Positions 1-8,533 of a DNA stretch of 48,190 bases are shown one piece after another (position 1 is the stretch's first letter; every line of letters begins with the position of its first letter). Source of the DNA: an uncultured Synergistaceae bacterium. GTDB taxonomy: Bacteria; Synergistota; Synergistia; Synergistales; Dethiosulfovibrionaceae. The stretch covers positions 1-48,190 of the forward strand of contig CAZCKP010000001.1 of NCBI GenBank assembly GCA_964499295.1, given 5' to 3'. A program made the position numbers and the translations under genes. The notes beneath the pieces are model-generated. The model was not told where the DNA came from and did not search any database. It worked only from the letters and a program-made list of their open reading frames with translations.

Positions 1-771
1 CGTGTCATAGCGGAGGTTCAAAAAAGGCAAAGCGGCGTTGACACTGCCGATCACCAGACTATAGCCGATGTGGAGCATCACCACCGAAAGAGCTGCGCCC
101 AGGAAGCCCAAGAGCATACCCTGGAGCACGAAGGGCGAGGCCACGTAGCGCCTGGTGGCTCCCACTAACAGCATAACCGCTATCTCCTGACGCCTTGAGT
201 ATACCCCGATGCGGATGGTATTGTACAACACCAGGGAACTGACCAGGAAGGATATGACTAGGATCACCACGGTGCCGTGGGAGATCACCGAGGAAATCCG
301 GATCAGCCGTTCCGCCAGGGTGCCGGCGTAGACCAGGTCGTCCAGCTCCGGCAGCAGCGTCAGCCTCTGGACCACCGGCTGGACCGCCGAGGCGCTGCGG
401 ACCTGGATCTCCACCGACCAGGGCAGGGGGTTGTCGCCTACCATGGAGATGGCTCGGGCCTGGTCGCCCATCTTGGACCGCAGCCGCTCCATGGCCTGAT
501 CGGGGGTAACCACTGTCATTTGGGCCACCGAGGGGTGGGTCCTCAGCGATTCTACAACGGCCACTGCGCCATCCTGGCCCTTGGAAAAGGCCTGGATCAC
601 AAGGTCGCTTTCGATGCCTGCGGCGATGCCCCGAATGGTCAGCGACAACAGGGTGCTGGATCCCACTAGGAAAAACACCGCCGCCGCCGTCAGCAGCGTC
701 AGAGCACTGACTCCCCAGTGGCGTCGCAGCAACCGGGAGGTGTCCCTGAGAATATAGCTAAAGGTCCCCAT
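1..771 (-). CDS. ftsX: Cell-division ABC transporter permease FtsX (partial; C-terminus lies beyond the window start)
   Basis: Not in the ORF track because there is no stop in the window. Own minus-strand translation from ATG 769-771 gives MGTFSYILRDTSRLLRRHWGVSALTLLTAAAVFFLVGS...SRRQEIAVMLLVGATRRYVASPFVLQGMLLG. It has TM1, a periplasmic loop and a C-terminal TM bundle as in FtsX. The start overlaps the ftsE stop by 14 nt. Confidence 0.8.
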   Translation of the reverse strand, partial: MGTFSYILRDTSRLLRRHWGVSALTLLTAAAVFFLVGSSTLLSLTIRGIAAGIESDLVIQAFSKGQDGAVAVVESLRTHPSVAQMTVVTPDQAMERLRSKMGDQARAISMVGDNPLPWSVEIQVRSASAVQPVVQRLTLLPELDDLVYAGTLAERLIRISSVISHGTVVILVISFLVSSLVLYNTIRIGVYSRRQEIAVMLLVGATRRYVASPFVLQGMLLGFLGAALSVVMLHIGYSLVIGSVNAALPFLNLRYDT

Positions 772-1450
772 CGCTGTAGCTCCCCTGGCGCTCGTCGCGC
801 TTTAGCCGGCCCTGCTGGAGTTCCACAACCCTCTGGCGGTAGCTGTTGACCAGCAGTTGGTCGTGGGTGGCTACCACCACGGTGGTGCCGGCGGAATGGA
901 TAGACAGAAGCATCTGCAGGACGTATTCCGCCGTGTGGGGGTCCAGATTGCCTGTGGGCTCGTCGGCCAAAAACAGCGCCGGCATATTTGCCACAGCCCT
1001 GGCTATGGCCACCCGCTGGCACTCGCCGCCGGAGAGCTGTTCCGGCAAGAGGAAACGGCGATGCCAAAGGCCGATCTGGTTGATGACCTCGTCGACCCGT
1101 TCTTCCACGTCGGCCTTGGAGTAGCCGCAGACCTCCAGAGGGAAAGCCACGTTCTCCCAGGCCGAGAGATGGGGCAACAACTTGAAGTCCTGGAAGACCA
1201 CTCCCACGTCCCGCCGGAAAAAGGGGATCTCGGAACGGGATAGCTCTCGCAGGTTCACGCCTCCCACCGTCAGCCGGCCCTGGGTGGGGGCCACCTCACA
1301 GGTGAGCATGCGCAACAGCGTGGTCTTGCCCGAGCCCGTCTTGCCAACGAGGTAGACGAAGTCGTTTTCTGGAATGGTCAGATAGAGGTTGGTGATGGCT
1401 TCGACGTTGGGCGGAAAGACCTTGGTCAAGCCGGCGATCTGGATCTCCAC
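758..1450 (-). CDS. ftsE: Cell-division ATP-binding protein FtsE
   Basis: 230-aa ORF with Walker A GKTGSGKTTLLRML, ABC signature LSGGECQRVAIARA and Walker B LFLADEPTGNLD. It lies directly upstream of and overlaps ftsX. Confidence 0.93.
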   Translation of the reverse strand: MEIQIAGLTKVFPPNVEAITNLYLTIPENDFVYLVGKTGSGKTTLLRMLTCEVAPTQGRLTVGGVNLRELSRSEIPFFRRDVGVVFQDFKLLPHLSAWENVAFPLEVCGYSKADVEERVDEVINQIGLWHRRFLLPEQLSGGECQRVAIARAVANMPALFLADEPTGNLDPHTAEYVLQMLLSIHSAGTTVVVATHDQLLVNSYRQRVVELQQGRLKRDERQGSYSDGDL

Positions 1451-1453
1451 AGT

Positions 1454-2386
1454 CTAGCGCCTCCTCATGGTCCAGGCCTGGACAGCCGCGCTGACGATCT
1501 CCTGACTGGAAAGGCCGTAATAATCCAGCAACTCCTCGGCGGTACCGCTCTGGCCGCCACGATCTCGCACCGAGACGGTCTTGACCGGCACGGGATAGCT
1601 GGCGCTGCACAGCGACGCCACGGCCTCCCCCAGGCCACCGCAGTGGGAGTGCTCTTCCGCCACAACGCAACATCCCGTGCGGCGCACCGACGACAGCAAC
1701 TGTTCCTCCGGTAGTGGTTTCAGGGAAAAACAGTCGATCACCGCCCCGTCGATGCCCTGGTGGGAGAGGATCTCCGCGGCCTTTAGGGCCTGATGGACCA
1801 GGATGCCACAGGCGCAGAGGGTCACACCAGCACCGTCGCGCAGACTTCCGGCGCCTTGGATCAGGCCGGCAGGGCGCTCCAGATCAGGTACCTCCAGCGA
1901 CGACAGCCGCAGGTAGATGGGGCCGGGGCTTTTGGCGGCTTGGCGGATCAGATGTTCCGCCATGGCACCGTCAGAGGGCACCTGGACAGCCATGTCGGCC
2001 AGGGGCCGCATCAAGGCCAAATCCTCCAGCATCTGGACCTGGGCGCCTCCGACGCCTGCGGTGAGCCCTGAGGCGCAAGAGATCAACCGCACCGGCTGCC
2101 GGGCCAGGGAGATCTCCCCGCGGAGGACCTGGTAGGTCCTGGGGATCAATCGCCAGGCGGGGGCGCAGACCCAGACCTCCTTGCCCGAGAAGGCCAACCC
2201 CGAGGCGACGGCGGCCATGTCCAGATCCCTGAAGGCCATGTCGAAACACCGCTGAGGAAATCGCTCCCGGAAGGGGCCAATCAGGGCCCCATCTGCCAGA
2301 TCGGAATAGAGCACCACCATGGCAACGTTGCTTTGGCCCAGCTCCGCCAAGACGGCGCCGGCCCGCTCGACCATGGATGACTTCAC
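1454..2386 (-). CDS. Transketolase-like protein, C-terminal (pyrimidine-binding) subunit, divergent active site
   Basis: 310-aa ORF with a GTG start shortly downstream of AAGGAGG. It is collinear with the transketolase Pyr and C-terminal domains (FDMAFRDLDMAAVASGLA, MRPLADMAVQVPSDG). The conserved GEDGP(S/T)HQ block reads GVGGAQVQ. Confidence 0.8.
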   Translation of the reverse strand: MKSSMVERAGAVLAELGQSNVAMVVLYSDLADGALIGPFRERFPQRCFDMAFRDLDMAAVASGLAFSGKEVWVCAPAWRLIPRTYQVLRGEISLARQPVRLISCASGLTAGVGGAQVQMLEDLALMRPLADMAVQVPSDGAMAEHLIRQAAKSPGPIYLRLSSLEVPDLERPAGLIQGAGSLRDGAGVTLCACGILVHQALKAAEILSHQGIDGAVIDCFSLKPLPEEQLLSSVRRTGCCVVAEEHSHCGGLGEAVASLCSASYPVPVKTVSVRDRGGQSGTAEELLDYYGLSSQEIVSAAVQAWTMRRR

Positions 2387-2389
2387 CGT

Positions 2390-3193
2390 CTATACCTCCT
2401 TTTCCAGTTCCTCCAGGGCTCGCTCCGCCAAGGTGCGGGAGAACTCGCCCTGGGAAGACCGGGGGGCCCGTTCCAGAAAGGATACGCCTTTGCCCCGCAG
2501 GGTGTGGGCCACCACGACCCTAGGGCCCGAGGCGAGGCCTTCCAAGGCGGTTTGGAGGCTCTGAAAGTCGTGGCCCTGGGCCTCTCCTAGGCTCCAGCCG
2601 AAGGCCTGGAACTTGTCGATCAGCGGCTCCAGCGAACCAGCGGCGTCTCCACCGTCGTTGTGGTCCACCACCAGCGTCAGGTTGGAGAGCCCCCGCCCGG
2701 AGGCCGTCAGTGCCGATTCCCACAGACTACCCTGGTGGAGCTCGTCGTCGCCAACGACGCAATAGACCTTTTCGGGGCTGCGATCCATCCGACGGGCCAA
2801 GGCCATGCCCACGGCGATGCCCAGACCTAGGCCGGGAAGGCCCGTGGTGGCGTCCACGCCGGGGGTGCGATGGCCGTCGGGACTGCCCTGGAGGATGGTC
2901 CCCAGCCGCCGAAAGCTCCAGAGGTTTTGACGGCTGAAAAAGCCCCGGTGGGCCAGCACGGCATAGAGGGCAGCGCAGCCCTGGCCCTTATCGAAGACCA
3001 GCCGGTCCCGAGGAGAGGCCAGTAGGTCCTCTCCATGAAAACGGAAAACCTGCCAGTAAAGCCAGACCAGTATGTCCAGCACCGACAGGGCCGAGGCGAT
3101 CTGCCCCGTCTGAGAGGGACCGATCATGCGGATCACGTCTTTTCTGGCCTGTCTGGCCTTTTCCTTCAGGGCCGCCAGGCTCTCGCCGTCCAT
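2390..3193 (-). CDS. Transketolase-like protein, N-terminal (TPP-binding) subunit, divergent active site
   Basis: Track ORF 2390..3307 trimmed to Met39 (MDGESLAALKEKARQARKDVIRMI...); its ATG overlaps the csaB stop (TAATG). Motifs: RDRLVFDKGQG, GVDATTGLPGLGLGIAVGMALA, and GDDELHQG...VVDHN with Asp-to-Asn spacing of 30 as in the TK metal/TPP motif. Confidence 0.8.
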   Translation of the reverse strand: MDGESLAALKEKARQARKDVIRMIGPSQTGQIASALSVLDILVWLYWQVFRFHGEDLLASPRDRLVFDKGQGCAALYAVLAHRGFFSRQNLWSFRRLGTILQGSPDGHRTPGVDATTGLPGLGLGIAVGMALARRMDRSPEKVYCVVGDDELHQGSLWESALTASGRGLSNLTLVVDHNDGGDAAGSLEPLIDKFQAFGWSLGEAQGHDFQSLQTALEGLASGPRVVVAHTLRGKGVSFLERAPRSSQGEFSRTLAERALEELEKEV

Positions 3194-4191
3194 TATGACA
3201 TCACCTCGTTCAAGCACCGCCGGAATAGCCGATCCAAATCTCCCCTGACCTGGCATAGTTTTTCCCACTGGGGAGAAAGCCCAGGTCTCAGGGGTCCGCC
3301 GGTCCAAAGGGGCAGGTCCCAGTCCAGAGCGAAACTCTCCACCTTAGGATCGTAGGGAACCAGACTGCAAGGGACCTGGGCCAGTAGCGCCAGGACGCCG
3401 AAATGGAGCCTCATGCCAAAGGCTCCCTGGGCCCCAGCGAAGGCCTGGGAGACCTGCCGAGGGTCCACCAGGAGGATCCTATCCAGCTGGAGCCTTTGCT
3501 CATCCACCAGGCGCTGCATCAGATCCCTGTCCTGAGGAGCCAGGGCAAGGCCAATCTTTTCCACTTCCACTGAAACCTCCAAAGTCCGAAGGGCCTCGGC
3601 GGCCCGCAGCTCCAGTTGGCCGTCCCAGGGCCGAAGGTTCACCAGGAAGCGGGGCTTCCCACCAGGCTCACCGTCGAGGTCAAGGCCCAGACCTAAGACC
3701 AGGTCTCCGCTTCTGTACCCATCATAGCCCATTTGGTGGAGCTGCGCCAGCGAAGGGTCGTCGCGGACAGCCCGGACTCGACAGAGCCCCAGGGCGTCCT
3801 TGGCCAGGGCCCGAGAGACCGGAGAGGCCAAGGGACCGATGGACTGGCCCAAGGCCCAGGGCCGACAGCCGGCGGCGTGAGCCATCCGCACCAGGCCCCA
3901 GTAGTAGAAGGGGTTTCTGAGGCTGGTGCTGTCCTGGAACAGCCCTCCGCCTCCCAGCAGCAAACTTTTGCTCTCCCTCAGGGTTCGCCAGACCTCTCGG
4001 GGGCTCCAGCGGTTCACCGCCATCACGCCGTGGATTTCCTGGCTCTCCTGGGGCGAGCCCGAGAGGATGGCCAGGGACTGCCGGGGCAGTCCTGCCGCGG
4101 TCAGGCGTTGGATGCAGCTTTGGGCCAGCAGCTCGTCGCCCAGGTTGCCCATGCCGTAGTAGCCGCAGAGCACCACCGACCAACGGCTCAT
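3193..4191 (-). CDS. csaB: Polysaccharide pyruvyl transferase CsaB
   Basis: Track ORF 3193..4509 trimmed to Met107, whose ATG forms an ATGA overlap with the upstream gene stop. MSRWSVVLCGYYGMGNLGDELLAQS...LLLGGGGLFQDSTS is the typical CsaB N-terminus. The upstream 106 codons are R/G/P-rich off-frame-like sequence. Confidence 0.8.
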   Translation of the reverse strand: MSRWSVVLCGYYGMGNLGDELLAQSCIQRLTAAGLPRQSLAILSGSPQESQEIHGVMAVNRWSPREVWRTLRESKSLLLGGGGLFQDSTSLRNPFYYWGLVRMAHAAGCRPWALGQSIGPLASPVSRALAKDALGLCRVRAVRDDPSLAQLHQMGYDGYRSGDLVLGLGLDLDGEPGGKPRFLVNLRPWDGQLELRAAEALRTLEVSVEVEKIGLALAPQDRDLMQRLVDEQRLQLDRILLVDPRQVSQAFAGAQGAFGMRLHFGVLALLAQVPCSLVPYDPKVESFALDWDLPLWTGGPLRPGLSPQWEKLCQVRGDLDRLFRRCLNEVMS

Positions 4192-6101
4192 GAAGGTTCC
4201 CCAGTGAGATCCAGGACTTTGGCGAGACACCACCGTCCGGAGGCCAGAATCGCCAAAGCGACGGATCCCACCAGAAGGCCCGTCCACCAGCCGTTGAAGA
4301 CCCGTAGCACCGTCAGGGACAGCACCGTGTGGAAGTGGCAAAAGCTGTTGACCGCCGACGAGAAGGCTAAGGTGGTGCCCAATCGGAGCACCTCCCGGTA
4401 GCGTCCCCAGAGCTGGCTCCTTTTCAGATAATACCAGAGCACCAGGCAAGGGTAGCCTACTACCAGCTCTTTGTTGCGAGGCCGGGCCACCAGGACCCGC
4501 TCGAGCCACTCCCGCAGCTGGATCTCAAAGCCAGGGATCAAGCCGCTGTTGTCGCTGCGCACCACCAGGATCAACGCCGCCACCAGGACGACGCCGCCCA
4601 GCAGCAGCTCGCTCCAGCGCGGGGGCCGGCCCATGATCTGAGCCAGCGACTCAGGATGCTCTCGCCGCTGCAGGTCCAGCAGCAACAGCAACAGCAGCGG
4701 CAATAGCAACGTCACTTTGACCCCCGAAAAGGTTCTAAGCCGCATCATGTAGGCCGGTGTGGAGAAAAAGGCCGCCACCATCAGGCCTCCCAACAATACC
4801 ATGGCCAGCGCCGCCGGTAGCCCCCGCAGCGGAGCCTTCCAACGCTCCAGGGCCAGCAACGCCGCTTCGGTGGCCAAAAACCCAGTGGCCAAAGCGCCAC
4901 CGAGCCGGGCAGCCAGGTTCACCTTCCAGATCAGGGCTCCCAGGAACAGGGCCAGCAGCGGCAGGAGAAAGCGCCACCGGCGGAGCAATCTCAGGTTGGA
5001 AAAACGCTCAACATATCGGACCGCCAGGGTCAGCGTCAACAACGCCAGGCCCACAGCGGCCGTCAAGGCGCTACTCCGGGAAGGCGCCGCTAGGGGCCAC
5101 CGGCGCCCAATGCCACCGCGATCCAGCCGCGCTCTGAGTTGAGCCACGTCGGAACTGTACTCGGCCAGGGTCTGGGGCAGCGAGCGTAGCTTGTCAGTCC
5201 GCAGCAACAGCAACCGCACCGACCGCTCCTGGGCGGCTCGGAAGAGGCGGTCCATCATGGTAGAACGGCCGATCTTCCGGGTGATGATCTCCTCCTCCGA
5301 GACGCCGTGGAATGATACGATGGAGGGCCAGGAGGCCCAGACCAGCTGGGCGCCGCCGATCTGAGTGGAAAACTCCAACTGGACCGCCAGGATGCCCCGA
5401 CGCTTGATCAGATCCCCCAGGGCGGTGGTGTGGGGAAAAGCGGCGGAGATATCCCGAGAGGGCGCCAGGGCTCTGATGCTAGGAAAGCGGTTGAACAGGT
5501 ATTCCAACCCCTGCAACAGCTCCTCGACTCGACCGGTGTGCAGTGGCGCCGGGCGGTAGATCATGGGGATCCCCGCCGACGAGAGGCTCTCCATGGCGGC
5601 GAAGTCGGGCAGCAGTCCCGAGTCGCCTAGATCCTGGATGGCCCAGGGTATCCTGAAAAGCCACAGCAGGCCGTCCTGGATGGCCTCGCCCTCGGGAAAG
5701 CGGAGCTGGAGGAACTCCGCCTGAGCCTGGGCCTGATTGGGATCCTCCAGCAGGATCACCGTGCCAGTGGGATCGCTGAGGAGCTGTCTCAGCTCCCTGG
5801 GGAGGCTGGTTGCGGGGCTGCAGAACGCCGACGCCAGTGCACCCTGGCTGATCTCCTGGGCGGAATATTCGGGTACTATAAAGGCCGAAAGGCCCGACTC
5901 CAACAGGAGATTGCACACCGAGTAGAGAGGCTCCCGGACCGCGAAACGGCGCAGGTCGTCCAGGTCGCCGACGATGATAGCACTGCGGTTAGCCCGCTCC
6001 CAATTGACTCGCCATAGCAGCGACGGCAGCGCCAACGCCAGCGCTAGCCCGCAGAGCACCACAAAGGGGGTCAGAACTTTTGGAGCTCTAAAGGTTCTCA
6101 T
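4188..6101 (-). CDS. Large polytopic membrane protein (N-terminal anchor, ~330-aa extracytoplasmic domain, C-terminal multi-TM region); resembles the DUF5693-type proteins I recall next to csaB
   Basis: Track ORF 4188..6122. The preferred start is Met8 (MRTFRAPKVLTPFVVLCGLALALAL), which forms an ATGA overlap with the maf stop and has GGGAGG upstream. There are several hydrophobic stretches after residue ~340 (LLPLLALFLGALIW, LLLPLLLLLLL). The family assignment is from memory only. Confidence 0.6.
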   Translation of the reverse strand: MRTFRAPKVLTPFVVLCGLALALALPSLLWRVNWERANRSAIIVGDLDDLRRFAVREPLYSVCNLLLESGLSAFIVPEYSAQEISQGALASAFCSPATSLPRELRQLLSDPTGTVILLEDPNQAQAQAEFLQLRFPEGEAIQDGLLWLFRIPWAIQDLGDSGLLPDFAAMESLSSAGIPMIYRPAPLHTGRVEELLQGLEYLFNRFPSIRALAPSRDISAAFPHTTALGDLIKRRGILAVQLEFSTQIGGAQLVWASWPSIVSFHGVSEEEIITRKIGRSTMMDRLFRAAQERSVRLLLLRTDKLRSLPQTLAEYSSDVAQLRARLDRGGIGRRWPLAAPSRSSALTAAVGLALLTLTLAVRYVERFSNLRLLRRWRFLLPLLALFLGALIWKVNLAARLGGALATGFLATEAALLALERWKAPLRGLPAALAMVLLGGLMVAAFFSTPAYMMRLRTFSGVKVTLLLPLLLLLLLDLQRREHPESLAQIMGRPPRWSELLLGGVVLVAALILVVRSDNSGLIPGFEIQLREWLERVLVARPRNKELVVGYPCLVLWYYLKRSQLWGRYREVLRLGTTLAFSSAVNSFCHFHTVLSLTVLRVFNGWWTGLLVGSVALAILASGRWCLAKVLDLTGEPS

Positions 6102-6700
6102 GGTCTCGCCTCCCAAAGGCATGTCAGCGAAAATCCCAGACGCTCCATCAGAGAGCCCAGCAGCGCCAGGGGCAAACCGACCACATTGGAGTAGTCTCCC
6201 TCGATGGACTGGACCATCAGGGCTCCCAGGCCCTGGATGGCGTAGGCTCCGGCCTTGCCTCGGTGCTCTCCGGTGGCCACGTAGGCCTTAAGGTCCTCCT
6301 CGGAGAGGCGACGAAAGCACACCTTGGTGGTCTCCACCGCCCCGAGACCTTGGCCCTGCCAGATCAGCCAAAGGCCGCTGTGGACCCGGTGGACCCTGCC
6401 GGATAGGGCCTTCAGCATGGCCAGAGCCTCCTGGTCCGATCGAGGCTTGCCGTAGACGCGGCCATCCAGAGCTACCACGGTGTCCGAGGCAATCACCAGA
6501 TGACGGGGAAATCGAGGCGCCATCGCCTGGGCCTTAGCCTGGGCCAGCCGGAGGACGGCCTGTTCTGGCGATTCTCCGGCTATTAGCGACTCGTCAACGC
6601 TGGCGGGGCAGATCTCAAAACGCCATCCCAGACCTTGCAACAGGTCTCTGCGGCGAGGGCTAGCCGAGGCCAGCAGGATCTCGACATCGGAGAACTTCAC
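6098..6700 (-). CDS. maf: Maf-like nucleoside triphosphate pyrophosphatase (septum formation protein)
   Basis: Track ORF 6098..6853 trimmed to GTG (VKFSDVEILLASASPRRRDLL) preceded by GAGG. Motifs ASASPRR, IASDTVV, GKAGAYAIQG and VVGLP match Maf. Confidence 0.85.
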   Translation of the reverse strand: MKFSDVEILLASASPRRRDLLQGLGWRFEICPASVDESLIAGESPEQAVLRLAQAKAQAMAPRFPRHLVIASDTVVALDGRVYGKPRSDQEALAMLKALSGRVHRVHSGLWLIWQGQGLGAVETTKVCFRRLSEEDLKAYVATGEHRGKAGAYAIQGLGALMVQSIEGDYSNVVGLPLALLGSLMERLGFSLTCLWEARP

Positions 6701-6714
6701 GGCAGACCTCGATC

Positions 6715-7488
6715 TCACAGCGCCAGCGCCATCAGGGCTAGAGCGGCACAGTAGGCCGAAAAGAGTCGCCAATGGCCCAGCGTCACCATGCGGTGAAAAA
6801 CCTTCAAGGCCACCAGACCCGACAGTAGCGCCACCACAAAGCCCCAGGGCCATCCCTGGGGCAGGGTCAGCGACAGGTCCCCCAGCTCTAACAGCGCCGC
6901 TCCAGCCACTGCCGGTAGCGACATCAGGAAGGAGAAACGAAAGGCCTGGCGAGCCGACAGGCCCCAGAGCAGTCCCGCCACGATGGTGGCTCCCGATCGG
7001 GAAAGGCCCGGAAAGACGGCCAGGCCCTGGACGAGGCCCACCAGAAGCCCCGCCGTCAGCCCCAGGGACTTATCGGACCGGGGCAACGTCGAGGCCCACC
7101 AGAGCAACGCCGCCGTGGCCAGCAGCCCCGCAGCCACGGCCTGGCGGGATTCCAGGGCCGACTCCACAAGCGGTTTCAGGGCCAACCCCAACAGAGCGGT
7201 ACAGATCGAACCGACCATCACGGCCCATCCCAGATGCCAGCCCTGGCTGGTGCGGTCTCCACTGGGCGTTAGCCCCAAGAAGAACTCCCGGGCCAGGATC
7301 AGGATGTCCTTCCGGAAATACCAGACCGTGGCCACCAGCGTGGCCACGTGGAGGATCAGGTCAAAGGCTAGGGGCGCCGTCGCTCCAGTGATCTGCTGAA
7401 ACAGCGCCAGATGGCCGGAACTGCTCACCGGGAGAAACTCCGTGAGCCCCTGGATCAGACCCTGGATAAGGCTGTCGCGGTAGTCCAC
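6715..7488 (-). CDS. uppP: Undecaprenyl-diphosphate phosphatase
   Basis: 257-aa ORF; GLIQGLTEFLPVSSSGHL near the N-terminus and GLSRSGATI are UppP/BacA signatures. Multi-TM protein. Confidence 0.9.
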   Translation of the reverse strand: MDYRDSLIQGLIQGLTEFLPVSSSGHLALFQQITGATAPLAFDLILHVATLVATVWYFRKDILILAREFFLGLTPSGDRTSQGWHLGWAVMVGSICTALLGLALKPLVESALESRQAVAAGLLATAALLWWASTLPRSDKSLGLTAGLLVGLVQGLAVFPGLSRSGATIVAGLLWGLSARQAFRFSFLMSLPAVAGAALLELGDLSLTLPQGWPWGFVVALLSGLVALKVFHRMVTLGHWRLFSAYCAALALMALAL

Positions 7489-7527
7489 TGCTCCACCTCT
7501 CCTTGCACTTGTAGGGTATCGGGAGCC

Positions 7528-8472
7528 TCAGATCAGGCCCCAGCTTCTCAATAGGTAGAGCCACAGCGTCAAGGTGAAGGAACTGCCCAGGGTGGTCAGA
7601 GCTACCACCTTAGCCGTCAAATCTCCCCGGTGGCCCATGTTGCGGGCCATAACGAAGCAGGTCACCGTGGTGGGCGACCCCAGCATAACCGCGATGGCCA
7701 CCAGGGCCTGATAGCGAAATCCCAGGGCCACGGCCAGGGGCAGGAAGATAGCGCAAAGCAACAGCAGCTTCACCGCTGCGGCCGCCAGGGCGCTTTTCGC
7801 GCCCCGGCCCAGGTTCCGGGCCTCGAAGGAGGCTCCCATGGCGATCAGCCCCAGGGGCGTGGCGACGCTGTGAAGACTGGTCAATGTCTTCTGCATCACC
7901 AAGGGCTGGGGCAACCGCAGCAACGCCCAAGTCACGCCGGCGACGATGCCCAGGATCAGGGGATTGACGGCGATGTCTCTCAGGGTCCTGGCGACCATGG
8001 AGCGGCTCAGGCCCCCTCGTCCCGGAGCCGTCAGGGCCAGGACGATCACCGACGCCACGTTGTACAGCGGCACACTAGCCAGTACCATCAAGGGACCGAT
8101 ACCGGCCTGGCCGTAGATGTTTCGCACAAAGGCAACGCCCATCAAGGTGGCACTACTGCGAAAGGCGGCCTGGACGAACTCGCCCCGCTGGGACAGATCG
8201 CCTAGGGGCTTGGACAGCCACCAGACCAGGACGATGCTGACCGCCGTGATGGCTAGGCAAAAGACCACAAAAGCACCCTCCCAGACCTGGACGATGTCGG
8301 CCAGGCTGAGCTCGTCAAAGAGCAGCACCGGTAGAGCCACCTTGAAGACAAACTGGTTGGCGTCGTCAACGAACTGGGGCGTCACCAATCCCAGTCGACG
8401 GAACAGCAGCCCCAAGAGCATTAATAAAAACACTGGCATAGTGGCGTTGAGACTGAAGATCAGGTTCTCCAA
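7528..8472 (-). CDS. AEC (auxin efflux carrier) family permease
   Basis: 314-aa polytopic ORF. The N-terminus MENLIFSLNATMPVFLLMLLGLLFRRLGL...FVFKVALPVLLF is typical of AEC/malate-permease-type transporters. Confidence 0.8.
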   Translation of the reverse strand: MENLIFSLNATMPVFLLMLLGLLFRRLGLVTPQFVDDANQFVFKVALPVLLFDELSLADIVQVWEGAFVVFCLAITAVSIVLVWWLSKPLGDLSQRGEFVQAAFRSSATLMGVAFVRNIYGQAGIGPLMVLASVPLYNVASVIVLALTAPGRGGLSRSMVARTLRDIAVNPLILGIVAGVTWALLRLPQPLVMQKTLTSLHSVATPLGLIAMGASFEARNLGRGAKSALAAAAVKLLLLCAIFLPLAVALGFRYQALVAIAVMLGSPTTVTCFVMARNMGHRGDLTAKVVALTTLGSSFTLTLWLYLLRSWGLI

Positions 8473-8533
8473 GGCCGCCGCATCTCCTCTCGTCGTTTAA
8501 GCTACCGCCGACACAGGCCTCACCGTAGAGCCC

